A stretch of DNA of 64,000 bases from Marsupella aquatica (Eukaryota > Plantae > Marchantiophyta): positions 9,983,875 through 10,047,874 of the forward strand of contig OZ316891.1 in assembly GCA_973895155.1 (NCBI GenBank), read 5' to 3'. Positions 25,821 through 38,583 of the stretch are shown here, piece after piece. The notes beneath the pieces are model-generated. The model ran no database searches and was not told the origin of the DNA. It saw nothing but the letters and a program-made list of their open reading frames with translations. The position numbers and the translations under genes are program-made. The first letter of the stretch is position 1. Each line of letters begins with the position of its first letter.

Positions 25821-28800
25821 ATGGCGACTACTAGGATTGGAGGTCAACGGTTTGAGGTGGAAAAATTTGATGGTCGGATGGACTATACAATGTGGGAACG
25901 TAACGTGAGGGATGCACTTAGGGCGATGGGCCTAGGCAAGGTACTAAGATCTCAACCCAAGGAGATGGAAGATGATGATTGGCATGATCTCCAGGATCAA
26001 GCGGTAAGTATTGTTGGCATGTACGTGAAAAACAATGTGAAGAAGCAGTTCGAGGAAAAAGCAACACAAACGGTGACGGACTTGTTTCAAGCATTGCGCA
26101 ACAAGTACTACAAGGAGATGTCAAACCGAATATATGCAAGCCTGAAGCTCATGCAATTCAAAATGGCTGATGGAGTCAAGATTCAAGATCATATCGATCA
26201 GTTCAATGATCTTGTGGTTGACCTAGAAAATTTGGGGGAGCATTTGAGCGAAGAAAAGAAAGCCTTACAACTCTTGAGCTCACTACCACCTTCGTACCAA
26301 TCTTTGTCTCGAGTTCTTCTATTCCGTGATAAGACAACTATATCCTACAATGATGTGGTGAGTGCCCTGTTGACCGATGACATGCAGTCTAAGTTGGTTT
26401 CTTCAGCTCATCCTACCTCAACCTCATCATCAACAGCACTGTTGGTAGAAAGAGGCAAATCAAGGGAGCCATCTCATGAAAACAAAAGGTTTAACCCACT
26501 TCCCATGGAGCGAGGAAGGTTCCACGACCGATCTTTTGGTAGGAGGAGGTTTAGATCCAGATCTAGATCTCGATCCAAATCACCATCCAAGTCTACTCGT
26601 GAGATAAAGTGTTGGAAGTGTGACAAAGTGGGCCACATGAAGAAGGATTGTCGCGTCAAAGACACATTCAAGGAAGTTGTCGGTTCTTCAGCCCAAGTAG
26701 TTGTTCGAGAAGAGGATAGTGAAGGATTTGCATTGTGTACCACTTCCCAAGTTGAGGATTGTCAATGGATCTTGGATTCCGCTTGCTCATATCACATGTG
26801 CTATATGCGTGCATTTTTCTCATCCTACACTCCTATCAATGGATCTGTTTTGATGGGAAATAATCATTCTTGCAAAGTTTTAGGGATTGGATCCGTAAAG
26901 ATTCAACTACCCGGTGGCAAGTACTGTACTCTATCAAATGTCAGACACATTCCAGAAATGTGTAAGAATTTGATTTCTCTTGGCTACTTGGATGCGAAGG
27001 GTTATCAATGGAGTGCAACTGATGGGGTGTTAACAGTCACGCATGGATCAACTGAAGTTCTTATTGGCAAGAGGAAAAGAAACATCTATGTCTTGGAAGG
27101 CACCACACTTCTTGCCGAAGTCAATTTGGTCACATCTCAGGAGGAGAAAATCAATTTATGGCATGCTCGGCTTGGTCACATGAGTGAAAAAAGTTTAGAA
27201 ATCCTACACAAGCGACATCTCCTACCAGGATTGCAAGCATGCAAGTTGAGTTTTTGTGATCATTGCATTGTCGGCAAGAAAACAAGAACTCCATTTCCGA
27301 CTGCCATTCATCATTCTAAAGTTGTACTTGAGTATATTCATTTCGATGTGTGGGGTCCTGCTCCGATTTCCTCACATTCAGGCAAACAATACTATGTATC
27401 GTTTATCGATGATTACTCAAGGTTTGTTTGGATTTATTTCATTGCCCATAAGTTTGAAGTGTTTTCCATCTTCAAACAATGGGTAGCTCAAGTTGAGACA
27501 CAGACTGCAAAGAATGTGAGATATCTACGATCAGATAATGGTGGTGAATACACCTCTAGCGAGTTCAACACATATTGTGCAAATAAGAGAATTACTCATC
27601 ATCTCACAACTGTGTACACTCCTGAGCAAAATGGTGTTGCTGAGCGACTCAACCGCACATTGTTGGAGCGAGCACGGAGCATGTTGAGCCACTCTAAATT
27701 GCCATAAATCTTTTGGGCGGAAGCTGTCAACATAGTTGCTTATCTCGTAAATCTCTCTCCTAGTCGGGCAATTACTTACAAAACCCCCTTTGAGCTATGG
27801 CACAATCGACCTGCTGATTATTCAAAGCTTAAGGTTTTTGGCTATGAAGCATATGCACATGTTCCTAGCAACAATAGGACTAAGCTAGATCCTAGAGCCC
27901 AGAAATGCATTTTTCTTGGTTATCAGCGTGAAGTTAAAGGTTATCGGTTGTGGGATCTAGTTGATTGCAAGTTACTTGTTAGTCGGGATGTATCCTTCAA
28001 TGAAGAAAAATCATTGAAGGAGGGGGAGATAGATCAATTCCCTACTACTAACAAAGAGCAATCTCCTCCTCTAGAGGATTTAAGAGGAGAGGATGTGTCA
28101 AATGAAGAATATGTTGACACTACTGTAAGGCAAAGCACACTACAATCAGATCAGCCAGAGTCTTCAGTGCGAAGAGGAACTCGCAAACGTCAAGCCCAAG
28201 AAAGGTATGGAACTTGGCTTCCTTCTGATCAAGTGGATTTGGATGAAGAATCTATTGATGCATTGGTGATAGAAGATGGAGATCCATCCTCATTTCGAGA
28301 GGTCCTAGCTTCTATGGAGAAGCAACAATGGCAGGCGGCGATGCGCATGGAAATGAAATCACTTCATGATAACAAGACTTGGGAACTCACAAGTCTACCT
28401 AGTGACAAGCAGGCTGTTGACAACAAGTGGGTGTATAGAAAGAAAGATGGACCCACGGAGGATGCTGAGAAGATATTTAAGGCTCGGTTGGTAGCCAAGG
28501 GTTTTACTCAACAGAAAGGTATAGACTACAATGAGGTTTTTTCACCCGTAGCAAAGTATTCAACAATACGTTTGCTATGTGCTCTTGTAGTTTTATTTGA
28601 TCTAGTTTTAGATCAAATGGATGTTGTCACGGCATTCTTATATGGATCGTTGGATGAGGTGATTTACATGAGGCAACCAGAGGGTTTTGTGCAAAAGGGC
28701 AAGGAAAATTTGGTATGCAGGTTGCTAAAATCCTTATATGGATTAAAGCAGAGCCCAAGGCAGTGGAACAAGCGTTTTGATGAATTTTTGAAATCTCTTG

Positions 28801-29852
28801 GATTTGTGCAAAGCGTGTACGATCCATGTGTTTACATCAGGCGTGTGAACAACACAGATTTTAAGCTTGTCATCCTTGTACTTTATGTGGATGACATGCT
28901 CATTGCAGCACAGGATAGGGGCGAAGTTGATAAGCTTAAGGCCCAACTCAGTTCTGAGTTTAAGATGAAGGATTTGGGCACAGCCAAGAGGATCCTAGGC
29001 ATGGAGATTGTCAGGGATGTTAACAAAGCCAAACTTTGGCTGACGTAGAAAAGATATGCAGAGAAGGTACTCTCAAAATTTAACATGGCAGATGCTAAGG
29101 CTGTGAGTGTTCCTTTGGCAAGGCATTTCAATATTTCTGCAGCATTTTGTCCATCGGATGCGACAGAAAAAGGTTTGATGCCCAAAGTTCCTTATGAAAG
29201 TGCTGTGGGTAGTTTAATGTATCTCATGGTATGCACCCGACCAGACATAGCTTATGCCGTTAGCAAGGTAAGCAGATATATGGCAAATCCAGGAAAAGTT
29301 CATTGGGAAGCAGTGAAATGGATTTTGCGCTACATCAGAGGTTCCACTAAGAAGGGTTTATTGTTTGATGCAAGTTCAAACAATATGAAAGTGCTTCAAG
29401 GTTATGTGGATGCAGACTACGCAGGTGATCTGGATAAGAGAAGATCGACAACTGGATATGTATTTACACTTGCTGGTGGATGCATTAGTTGGAAGTCTAC
29501 TCTCCAAAAGTGTGTTGCAAAGTCTACTATGGATGCCGAGTATGTAGCGGCAGTAGAAGCAGCATCAGAGACCATTTGGTTGAAAAAGCTTGTCACGGAG
29601 ATGGGCTTATCACAAGATTGTGTCTATCTTCATTGTGACAGTCAAAGTGCAATTTACACTGCCAAGAATCAGGTGATGGATGGTAGGGTAAAGCACATTG
29701 ATGTCCGCTATCATTTCATCCGACAGACATTATCGGATGATGAGTTTGAGCTTGTCAAGATTGATGGAAAGCTTAATCCAGCGGATGCTTTTACCAAAGT
29801 ATTAGACTCCAATAGTTTTTCAAGGCATTGTAATTATTTACAAATATTGTAA
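25821..29852 (+). pseudogene. Copia gag-pol polyprotein, one frame with two premature stops (27705-27707, 29046-29048)
   Basis: CWKCDKVGHMKKDC zinc knuckle, WILDSACSYHM protease, WHARLGH / LRSDNGGEY / QNGVAER integrase, FKARLVAKGF / QMDVVTAFL / LYVDDML RT, and YVDADYAGD / KHIDVRYHFIR RNase H. ORFs 25821, 27948 and 29085 share one frame. Confidence 0.95.
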
Positions 29853-30046
29853 ATATAGAGTTAACCAAGAAAATGTCTCTATATGAGTACTCCATCCGAT
29901 GGCTTATCGGCTACGGCTTAGTTCTAGTTAACCCTTGCATTAGGGGGAGGGTCTTTGGGCCCTACTGTCTTGAACTTCCCGCGGAGGAACTTGTAAGGAA
30001 AAGACAATGTTATGAACCCTCCCAAGACGTGAGTCAAGGGGGAGTT

Positions 30047-30369
30047 TGTAGAGGTTAACTCAGTCTTGGGTTGAACCATGGTTAGTATGTTAAGTGGGGT
30101 TAGAGTAAACCCTAGTTGAAGAGTTGGTCCTTATCTCTTCAACTTCTATGTGGTGTGAGAACACACAAGAGAGTTCTCAAGAGAGAACACAGTGATATAG
30201 CAAGAGATGAGAGCTTGAAGAGATGAGAGCTATGGTGATGCTTGAGTACACACATAACCGTTAATAAAGCTTTGTATTCCCGTGGACGTAGCCAACTTTG
30301 AGGCGAACCACGTAACTATTGAGCACGTGTATGTTTGGAGTGTTCTTCCTGATCTGATTTCTCCCCACA
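30047..30369 (+). repeat. 3' LTR
   Basis: Direct repeat of 24326-24648, preceded by a polypurine tract at ~30036-30044. Confidence 0.97.
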
Positions 30370-30374
30370 GAAAA

Positions 30375-30870
30375 AAGATGTAGTGTCGACCAAGAGGTCA
30401 TGGAGAGAAAAGATGTTGTGTCGGCCAAGAGGTCGTTGAGAAAAAAGAAGTCGTTGAGAAAAAAAGATGGCCAAGAGGTCGTTAAGAGAAAAGAAGTCAT
30501 TGAGGAAAAAATTTGTCATGTCGGTCAAGAGGTCGTTGAGAAAAAAGATGTCATGTCGGCCAAGATGTTGTCAAGAAAACAATTGTCATGTCGGCCAAGA
30601 TGTCGTTGAGAAAAAATATGTCGTGTCAGCAAAGACATCATTGAGGGAAAAGATGTCATGTCAGCCAAGACATCGTTGAGGAAAAATACCCGTGCATTGC
30701 ACAAAGATGTCCTTGAAGTCATTTTGCTAAAGATGTCATTATGTGAAAGATGTTGATAAGAAAAATGTGTCATTTTGCCAAAGATATCATGAAGTAAAAG
30801 ATGTTATAAAGAAAAAAAAGTGTCGTTTCATCCAAGTTGTCATTATGTGAAAGATGTTATGAAGTAAAAA
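30375..30870. repeat. Continuation of the Helitron minisatellite (right part), progressively degenerate
   Basis: Same GTCGGCCAAGA(G/T)GTCGTTGAGAAAAA unit. Confidence 0.85.
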
Positions 30871-31609
30871 GTAAAGGAGAGAAGGAGCAAGTCTTTTTCT
30901 TTGTTTGTTTTTTACCCAAAATGCCCTTGCATTTGAATGGCGACCACTCTATACATTGGCGCAATGTTATATTATCGGTTTAAGGTTTAAGGTTTTAGGG
31001 TTTAGCAAAGATGACCATTTTATCGCTATCCTTTCAATCCCCGTGCGTTGCATAAAAGATGTTGTTTGGTTAAAGATGTTGTTGAGAAATAGCTCATGGT
31101 GCAAAAGATATCATTGAATAAAAAATTGCACAAAACTTTTTGTTGAATGAAAGATATCATTGTGCAAAATACTGGCCACGGCAGCCACAAAAGTTCCCTT
31201 TTTCTTTTTTCTCCTTGCACAAAAAAATTCTTTGAATAAAAGACGTCATTGCACAAACCACTGGCTATGACAACCACAAAAGTATAACAAAATGAGAGGT
31301 GTTTTTCCCCCCTTTAAACTTTTTTCCTCTTATGTTCCTTGTAAACCTTAACCTCCCCCTTTTCCCCATTTCACCATCACTCCACTCGCTCGCCGCCCCC
31401 TCCCTCCCCACCTGTGCGCGACTGGAGCCCTTCGAGGGGCTGCCCTACATTGCAAGTGTGCCCCTCGCCAGACAACTTGCCATCAACGTCCGTGTCATGC
31501 GTTTCACTATGTCTTTGGGCCTTATTACTGTTGTTTTTTGGCATTGAAAATGATAGTGCAAATGACTCTAAAAATCACCACAAATATTGCACTAGAAGAA
31601 ATCGAGCCA

Positions 31610-31830
31610 TTCTGAGACCCAGCCTTACATGACTTGTGTGAGACCTTTGAAAATAAGTGACTCCAAGGTTTAGGGTGTCATCTTTGTTACATCTTCTTGA
31701 CTCACTTTTGGTGAAGTTCTGGGAAGTCATGTATTTAACTATTGGGAAAGTTGCTTCTGTAACTGAGTTAAGGCAAGTATATTGAAGTTATATAAGTGAC
31801 CATGACTTACATGATTTCCTTGCCCAATAC
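31610..31830. repeat. Left subterminal repeats of the CACTA element
   Basis: Clustered TGACT/AGTCA/GTGAC motifs in both orientations. Confidence 0.6.
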
Positions 31831-32544
31831 ATATGATTTTGGATCCATCATATTAATCACATTATGTCATGCAATTATATATAGTTACCTCCCTTTGCTT
31901 TAACCATCACTGAGTTGCTCTTTATTGTTCCCCTGTAAGAAAGTATACATGACATTTTTACCCTAATTGAAGTTTAGGTAAGTAGGGCAAATTTGTGATT
32001 CTAGCTAGACAAGAACCAACCAAATTTAAGTTAACATTCATGTACACGGCCGCAACTGAGTTCAAAAAGGTGTGAAAATTTGTGCCATGCCCCCAAAAAT
32101 AATGATGCACCCTAAACCCTAATACTCTACATACATAGTTACCTTAAAAAAGTCACCACAACCAATTAGTGGTACTTGTCACATACTGCTCACACACATA
32201 TTAAAACTCACTTCATCCCCTAACTCATTTTAAAAATTTGCTCTGCATATATACCCCATAATTAGCCAATATCAAATGGAACCCCCTTCATATGGGAATA
32301 TTGAAGGGCCCAATTTAGGACCTCTTTTTCCTTAAGTGCACAATGCAATGCCGTTGCATCAATTTCTCTATCGGAAGCCCTCTTCCAATGAACCATGTTG
32401 CGCAATTGCAAGTTGATACAACTGGCAATAGCTTTTGCCCTAAACTTTTGACTGCCAAAAGCTTTTGTGGAGGGACTTGGAGAAAGAGAGAGTGCGCCCG
32501 CAAAGTGAGAGTCTTGTTGTTTCATGAGCGGGAAAGTTTTCACA

Positions 32545-34421
32545 CACTAGTAGAAACCGGGGCAATTTATATGTCAAGGCTAGGGGGTGGCTGGGTTTTC
32601 ACTAAAGGGGGTTTAGGGGGGGTTTGATGTCAAGGGTCGGGGGTTGCATGTTAAGGGGATGGGGGTTTAGGGACCATTGGATCGTCAGCATCCATCCCCC
32701 CCGGTCCATTCTTCATCCATTTAACCCTCTTTTGCCAATGACTCCAAATGTCCAATGGGTTTTCAGAGGGTTTATGCTTGAGGAGGGTGAGTTTAAGGGT
32801 AGGTGTTGTTTTTTGCCATCTGGGTGACTTAGGATATTTATCTAACCCAATGACTATACCCAAAATACCCAACTAAAAGCCCCCCCCCCAAAAAAAAAAT
32901 GCATGCACCCTTGGTCTTAGTTACCGTTTAATCCTAACTGTGAACTTACGTCTAAATGTGTTAGGTGCTTGCAGAATGCCTATGAACGAGTCCTTCCAGT
33001 CGACTCAATGTTTAGGGTAAACGGATTTTGTAAAGGAAAATTGCACAAAGTGTCGACGGCTACCACCAGGGTTTTCCTTCACGTTTCTGCAAGGGAATCC
33101 AAGGCCAAACACTTTGCGCCCGATAATGCACTTTTCCTCAGTTGCTCTCGACTCTTGCACCTGATTGCACTCAGTCAATACATTTAGCGCTTTTGGAGGT
33201 GGGATTTCATGTCATTGCGTAGGGCTTGGAGCTTCGACCTTTGCTATATGACCCATTGTCGACTGCAATCTCACTATAGGGTTTAGGTGGGCCCTAAATC
33301 TTACATTCGTCTTTCCTGTGGTGACAACGCGGGTGCTAAGGTGTATAGGAGCAAGGTTGTCGGGAGGTTTATCGCGGATGACTGGCGATTGGTGAGGCCT
33401 ATTTGCATTCATCTCCACTATCATTGGGTACCCGAGATACAACGATCGACCTTCTATACAGAGGCGAGGAAGTGACGAGAACCTACAACTCTTTGCGGGA
33501 ATGCGTGGTCTTCTGCTTACCTGATTGCCCTCATGCTTGACTGTAAATACATTAGTAAAGTTTTGCTTTGGCTCAACTTTGGTCTTTTTTGGCCTTGCGT
33601 GACTGCGCTCACTTCTCTCGGTTTCCAGTGTGCAGTTGGCTAAAGACCTGGATGTCATGCTGTGAGCGCAAGCTGCTAGTAGTTGTCCATAGCTTGGGGA
33701 AAGCGGTGGGGACTGAGGCCACAAAGGAGTTTGACCTGCGCTTTTTTTTCTTTGCAGCAAGAGCGAGAGTGAGACGAGTTGCAAATTGAGTTTCATTGAG
33801 CTACTGCCCTGGGCTTGGCGGAGGTCCTACACTCTTGTGTCGCTCACTTGTTCAGCTGCGGTGGGAGCGGGCTTTTGGTAGTAACCTGTTCAGTTGCAGT
33901 GGGAGCTGACAACTTTGGTGGCTGTGGTGTTGAGCTTCTGAGGAGGGCAAGCAACTGCGTGATGTGCCCTTGAGTGAATGTCTCTTGGAGGAGCTGCGAA
34001 GTGGTGAAAGGGGAAGGAGGTGAGCTCGGGCCTGGAAGCAATGTGCTTCTCCAACATTTTTGCACAATGCAATGCTGCTCAATCGTTTATCCTTCCTCTA
34101 AAGTTGAGTGTGACGCATCGACCTTTGACGGGAGTATCTGCATTACAGTTTGCTACATACGGCTGCTCTCTATATGGCAATCGCCAATAGCTAGCGCAAT
34201 GGAGGGTTCGACGTCAACTTTGAGTCATTGATCAGTGCACACTACATCGCTCTCCCTTTGCTAAACCCTTTCTTTTGGCTTGGTTCTTGGTGCCTTTGGC
34301 ATAGGAGCGACGTTATTGCTAATCAACTCCCGAATCAACTTTGGAGGTGCGGGTTAGAAGGGGTTGGAGAGAGGAGGTCCAAACCAAGAATGCCCTTCAC
34401 CGTCAACGGTTTCTACTAGTC
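32545..34421. mobile_element. Possible nested non-autonomous CACTA remnant
   Basis: CACTAGTAGAAACCG at 32545, with a perfect 14-bp inverted copy (CGGTTTCTACTAGT) at 34407-34420. The terminal base and TSD do not match. Confidence 0.5.
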
Positions 34422-36782
34422 CCGGCCATGCAGCTGAAAGTGCGCTTCTTTCAGGTGTCGTAGCATTCTGCCAGCCGGGTGCTTGGACTGTAGAGAAGAG
34501 CAACCACAGTCATTCAGTTCTTCTCCTAGCTGAGCTGCGCATTGTCAACCATCGAGCGCTGCTGCGCGCTAGCTGTGAACCCCAAGAGGAGTTGCGACAA
34601 GGAGGAGATGCAACCAAGAGGAGATGCGACGAAGAGGAGATGCGACCAAGAGAAGCTGCTGCATCCCACATTGAGTTGGACATTGAGGTAGGGATGTGAG
34701 CTACGCACTTTCAACCATCAAGCAACCACCAAGCTCGGCAGCGCTCTGGGATTTGTTGGCCACAACAGACAAAGCGGAAGACAAAGGTGAGTGTTCATGC
34801 ACCGTTAGAGTAACCGCAAGTACTCTATTACATGCCTCATTGTTCTCTATTACATGCCTTGTTCTCCCGCCCACTGTTTCCTGCGATTTTCTTTCTTCCA
34901 TAAGAGAATGGTGATTTCTTCTTCTATCAAACAAAACCCCACCCAACCACCACACAAGAACGTGGGGTGCGCGCTTCTTAATCCTCCTCAAACTGGCCCA
35001 TTGTTCATTGAAACCCCACATATTACCCACCGGCACCAAGGGTCCAGTCCCAACCCGTCTTCCGCTCCCCACCATCTTCACTCTCTCGCGCATCTATCTC
35101 CTGAACGGCGTCGCTCTCCCTTAGACGCAGAATGCTCCGCTGTGATATTGCCTCCAACTTTTCTAGTGCAGTCTAGGCAATTAGATTGCTTTTGCGAAAA
35201 CTGCCCTTCTTAAAAGTGAGCAATACTAATAAGCCCCGGGGGTGGAGCGTTTGTTACGATGGCCGTGGACCTACCGTGGGCTATGGTAGAACACTCTATT
35301 GTCTATGATGATTATGAATCTGCTTGAACTGCGAGTGGATGTGCTTTAAGGCAAACTTGTCGGAGAAATTAGAATGGGGGGACGGAGCTGTCAGTGCTTA
35401 GGTTGTGGCATTTTTGAGATTGTCAAGAGTAATCTGTGATCTCATTTCTAAATGGTTTGAGCTCCTCTGATGTGCATAGGAATCGGGCTGAGGAAAGCTT
35501 TTGGGAGCTATCATCGGAACTAGCTTTCGATCTATTTCTGCTACTTTTGAATTGGTACTTGGGAAGGCTTTGTATCGTTAAGCACTACAAGATTCACAAG
35601 CCAGACCTGCTTGCTAGTATGAGGGGCTTTGAAGGAATGTGTGGCCAGGGCTGATTAAGTATGGATTAATTTTGCATTGCCTGAGATACTGAAATTGCCA
35701 CCCGCTTTGTTTCAATGCCTTTGATATTAATTGTTAATATCTCAAGAGGGTCGTCAACTAAGCTGAAAGGAGTCAAAGCTAACTACAAGCTAGCAAATAC
35801 AGAGAATGCTCCCAAGTCGAGTCAGGAGGAAGTTACTAAAACTAGACCTTCACAACTCTCGAAACTGGAAAGTGAAATTCAGCGTGAGACACGTAGCTGA
35901 AGGCCACAAGGATAACTATATGGCCACGCTGTCCCCCATTCAAGTCCAAAGTCCTCTTCAGATTGTCTGAACTCCTATTGAATGTATTGAATAATTATTT
36001 CATCACAGAAATTTTCAGAACAAACACGGAAGCACCAGGGGGCTGAGGATTGGATATTGAGGCTGAAGACATTGAGGTCATAAACTAGGTGTGGTTCGGG
36101 TGACAATGTTAGCAACTGATGCTTCTTCAGGGGAACTTCCCATGTGCAGTTTATCCACACATGATTGACTTTGGTTCTTGCTGTTTTTCTTTTGGTGTAC
36201 TCTTGAGTTTGGTGTCACTCTATCCTTTCCTGTAGCCTCGAAATAGGAACACACCTGCTTAGTGGTCCCCAATCGCCCAATGATTTATAATGACTGTGTC
36301 TAGGTGATGTATGCATTGCGTGTTCATTCCAGAAGAATGAATATGTACACTTTGCACAAACCTGGACAGATTTTGAATGTTATTTATCTGAGTTTCTGTT
36401 TGTGAGCTCTGACTTGGAGCCTTAACATTTGTGTTTCTGTGGGGCTGAGCAGAGTTTGTTCCGTCTAGAAGCTGCTGTACTGAAGTGATCAGCCTCCGGC
36501 TTGGAGGTGAATCTTCAATTTTTTGTGGATCCGAGTGACTTCTGTCCAGCTGAGTTTTGCTTTGTCGGGACGATTGTGTTTGGCTAAGATGCTAGATTGT
36601 GGCTTGTCTTCTTGCTTCCAGCTTGTGTATTTTCAATTAATAGAAGTTGGGAACGAAGTGATAATTGAATTTCCTTATATTAAGCATCTTCACCTAGAAA
36701 CTCAATACATAAACTCCAGGATTCCCTCGGGACATAAAATGAGCCAAATTGTCTCAAAATTGGGAACTTGCACCCGCACTAC

Positions 36783-37125
36783 TCAAACAATTGTGTTGGG
36801 CTTGGTGGCCTTGTAAGTCTTCTTTAGCTTTCGCAATGGAGGTTGAATCTTGCAGTACGTCAAGGGGAACTTGATCTTTGAATCATGGAACTGCTTGGTA
36901 CTTTCTCGCTTGCACAGAGAGACAGGGACTGCCGTAGTCTTCATGATCTGGATGCCAGGGAACCGAACTCTATGACAAGAAGCCATCTCATCATACATCT
37001 GCTCTGCAGCTCCGTTTCTTGTGGTATCACAATATTCCTTGTACATGTTGTGATAACCTGTACGACTCTGATACGTGGACCCAGATACCGAAGTTCTTAA
37101 TTGTGGTGGGCTTCTTTTCGAAGAT
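36783..37125 (-). pseudogene. RPL18a: Captured terminal exon of 60S ribosomal protein L18a (eL20)
   Basis: After acceptor CCAG|: [15 protein letters not shown], a 1-nt frameshift, then [57 protein letters not shown]. Confidence 0.9.
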
Positions 37126-38133
37126 CTGGTAGACACATTATTCAGCATTTGCTAACTTCGAAACTAGAAGGGTAACACATTAAACAACAGAGAAACTCAC
37201 AACATCCTCCTTTGGTCCTTCAGAGTCTGTACTTTGATTCTGAAGTTTGACTGAGTTTTTGTTTACTAAAAGAATGTGACTGTGTAAGAGTTCCGTTTGG
37301 CAGTGGATTGGTTGAAGCACTTCATGCTAGTGTGTTGTCCACAGCTCTTCAACCAGCTTTCGTCTTCCTTGTCTTTCACCACTTACGATGACATCAATTC
37401 AGCTAAGACCATAGAAGGTTCCAAAGCATCTAACTTGTAAAATCGCATTCTGTTACATCAAGGACTAAGGTGTTGGGTGCCAAAGGAGACAGCACAACAA
37501 ACACGCTGAAAAGACTTCAGGACTGGGTTCAACAAGGTAGTGAAGGTGCTTAGAGCCATAGTAAGTATGCATTCTGTATCTTTCTCTGTTGATGTGAGCT
37601 TGTGCATAATGGGAGTTGTAGTTGGCAAGAGTTCCAAATATGAATAGATCCAGAAGTATGTGATCATGTACTTGCTCTATAAAGTTCTGAAGATATAAGC
37701 ATTTTCTGTTAGACCAGGCAACTTGGGAGTTGGTAAGTGTCACCTGCATCTGAGGGGCTACACCGGGGCATCAGTGGAGGTTCACTTGCACAACACGACA
37801 ACCAGTGAATTTTCTCTCTGCTGCAACCTGCAAGGTGAGACTTTCGGTCTTTCTGGATGAAAAAACAGGAGTTTAATATGATTGATATACATGTCCGTCG
37901 AGAATATGGGTTTATCACCAAGCTCTTTGTCTTAGGAAACTCATAAACTCATAATCAAATATGTACTATGCACGTTTCATGCTATGTGTATACTATGACC
38001 TGTAGTTGGAACCAAGACAATGAGTGGGAACTGATTAGTTTAGGTGGTTGCTGTTGGCGAGGCAAGTCGACCTCCTGCTCACCTTGCTCATCAAAGGACG
38101 TGAACAGAGGACATCACAACGAAAGCAACACTT

Positions 38134-38583
38134 ATGGTGAGGACCCGCAACGCTGAACATGTGCGACTTGCACGCAAGGCAGAGATGTTGCGCCTTGAGT
38201 ATGTTAGACTTGGGATCCTTCCAGCCCAGTCTGCATGGTACTTTGAGTACCCTGTTGTTTCCAGGAACAACTACAGCCGGCCTCTACCTGCTTCAGTACC
38301 CTTCCCGACATCCTTGGTATTTGTGTCTCTTGTACATGACCCGCCACAAATTAGGTGCCAAGGGTGTGTACACAGTTGCCAATATGACTGTCCTGCCTGT
38401 AGGGCTTCTGGCCCAGAATTGGATGACCGTTCTCTTGGATGCCGATTTTTGCATAGAGCACAATGTATCATCTGGAACCACTCGCCATCCTGCAGTGTGC
38501 CTGGTGATGTCACTTGTCCTGCCCTCCCAGACCCCACCACCGGTGACTTTGGTGTCTACACATGTTTGGATCACATGCTCTAG
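38134..38583 (+). CDS. Cys/His-rich hypothetical protein, 149 aa (CACTA cargo ORF-A)
   Basis: ATG-initiated intact ORF with a basic N-terminus and CxxCxHxCxxxCxxC..C..H..C..H..C..C..C..H. No family recognised. Confidence 0.5.
   Translation: MVRTRNAEHVRLARKAEMLRLEYVRLGILPAQSAWYFEYPVVSRNNYSRPLPASVPFPTSLVFVSLVHDPPQIRCQGCVHSCQYDCPACRASGPELDDRSLGCRFLHRAQCIIWNHSPSCSVPGDVTCPALPDPTTGDFGVYTCLDHML

Larger units (their letters stand above)
24326..30369 (+). mobile_element. Full-length Ty1/Copia LTR retrotransposon
   Basis: 323-bp TG..CA LTRs at 24326-24648 and 30047-30369 (6 mismatches counted by eye). TSD GAAAA at 24321-24325 and 30370-30374. PBS TGGTATCAGAGC, PPT AAGGGGGAG, and GAG-PR-IN-RT-RH domain order. 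Confidence 0.98.

Noticed and set aside
24150-30870. 35-36-bp repeat array as a CRISPR array
   Set aside because: Units are contiguous with no unique spacers, there are no cas genes, and the context is eukaryotic; it is a Helitron-internal minisatellite.
32262-32543. 93-aa minus-strand ORF as a fourth cargo gene
   Set aside because: GTG start abutting the nested CACTA end and no recognisable motif; it could be a truncated remnant but is unsupported.
33212-35213. Several overlapping 60-194-aa ORFs in the left arm of the CACTA
   Set aside because: No recognisable domains, low-complexity translations, and inconsistent frames and strands.
36783-37148. Functional RPL18a gene or processed retrocopy
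   Set aside because: Only the last exon is present, it has a frameshift and substitutions at conserved sites, and it retains the intron acceptor.
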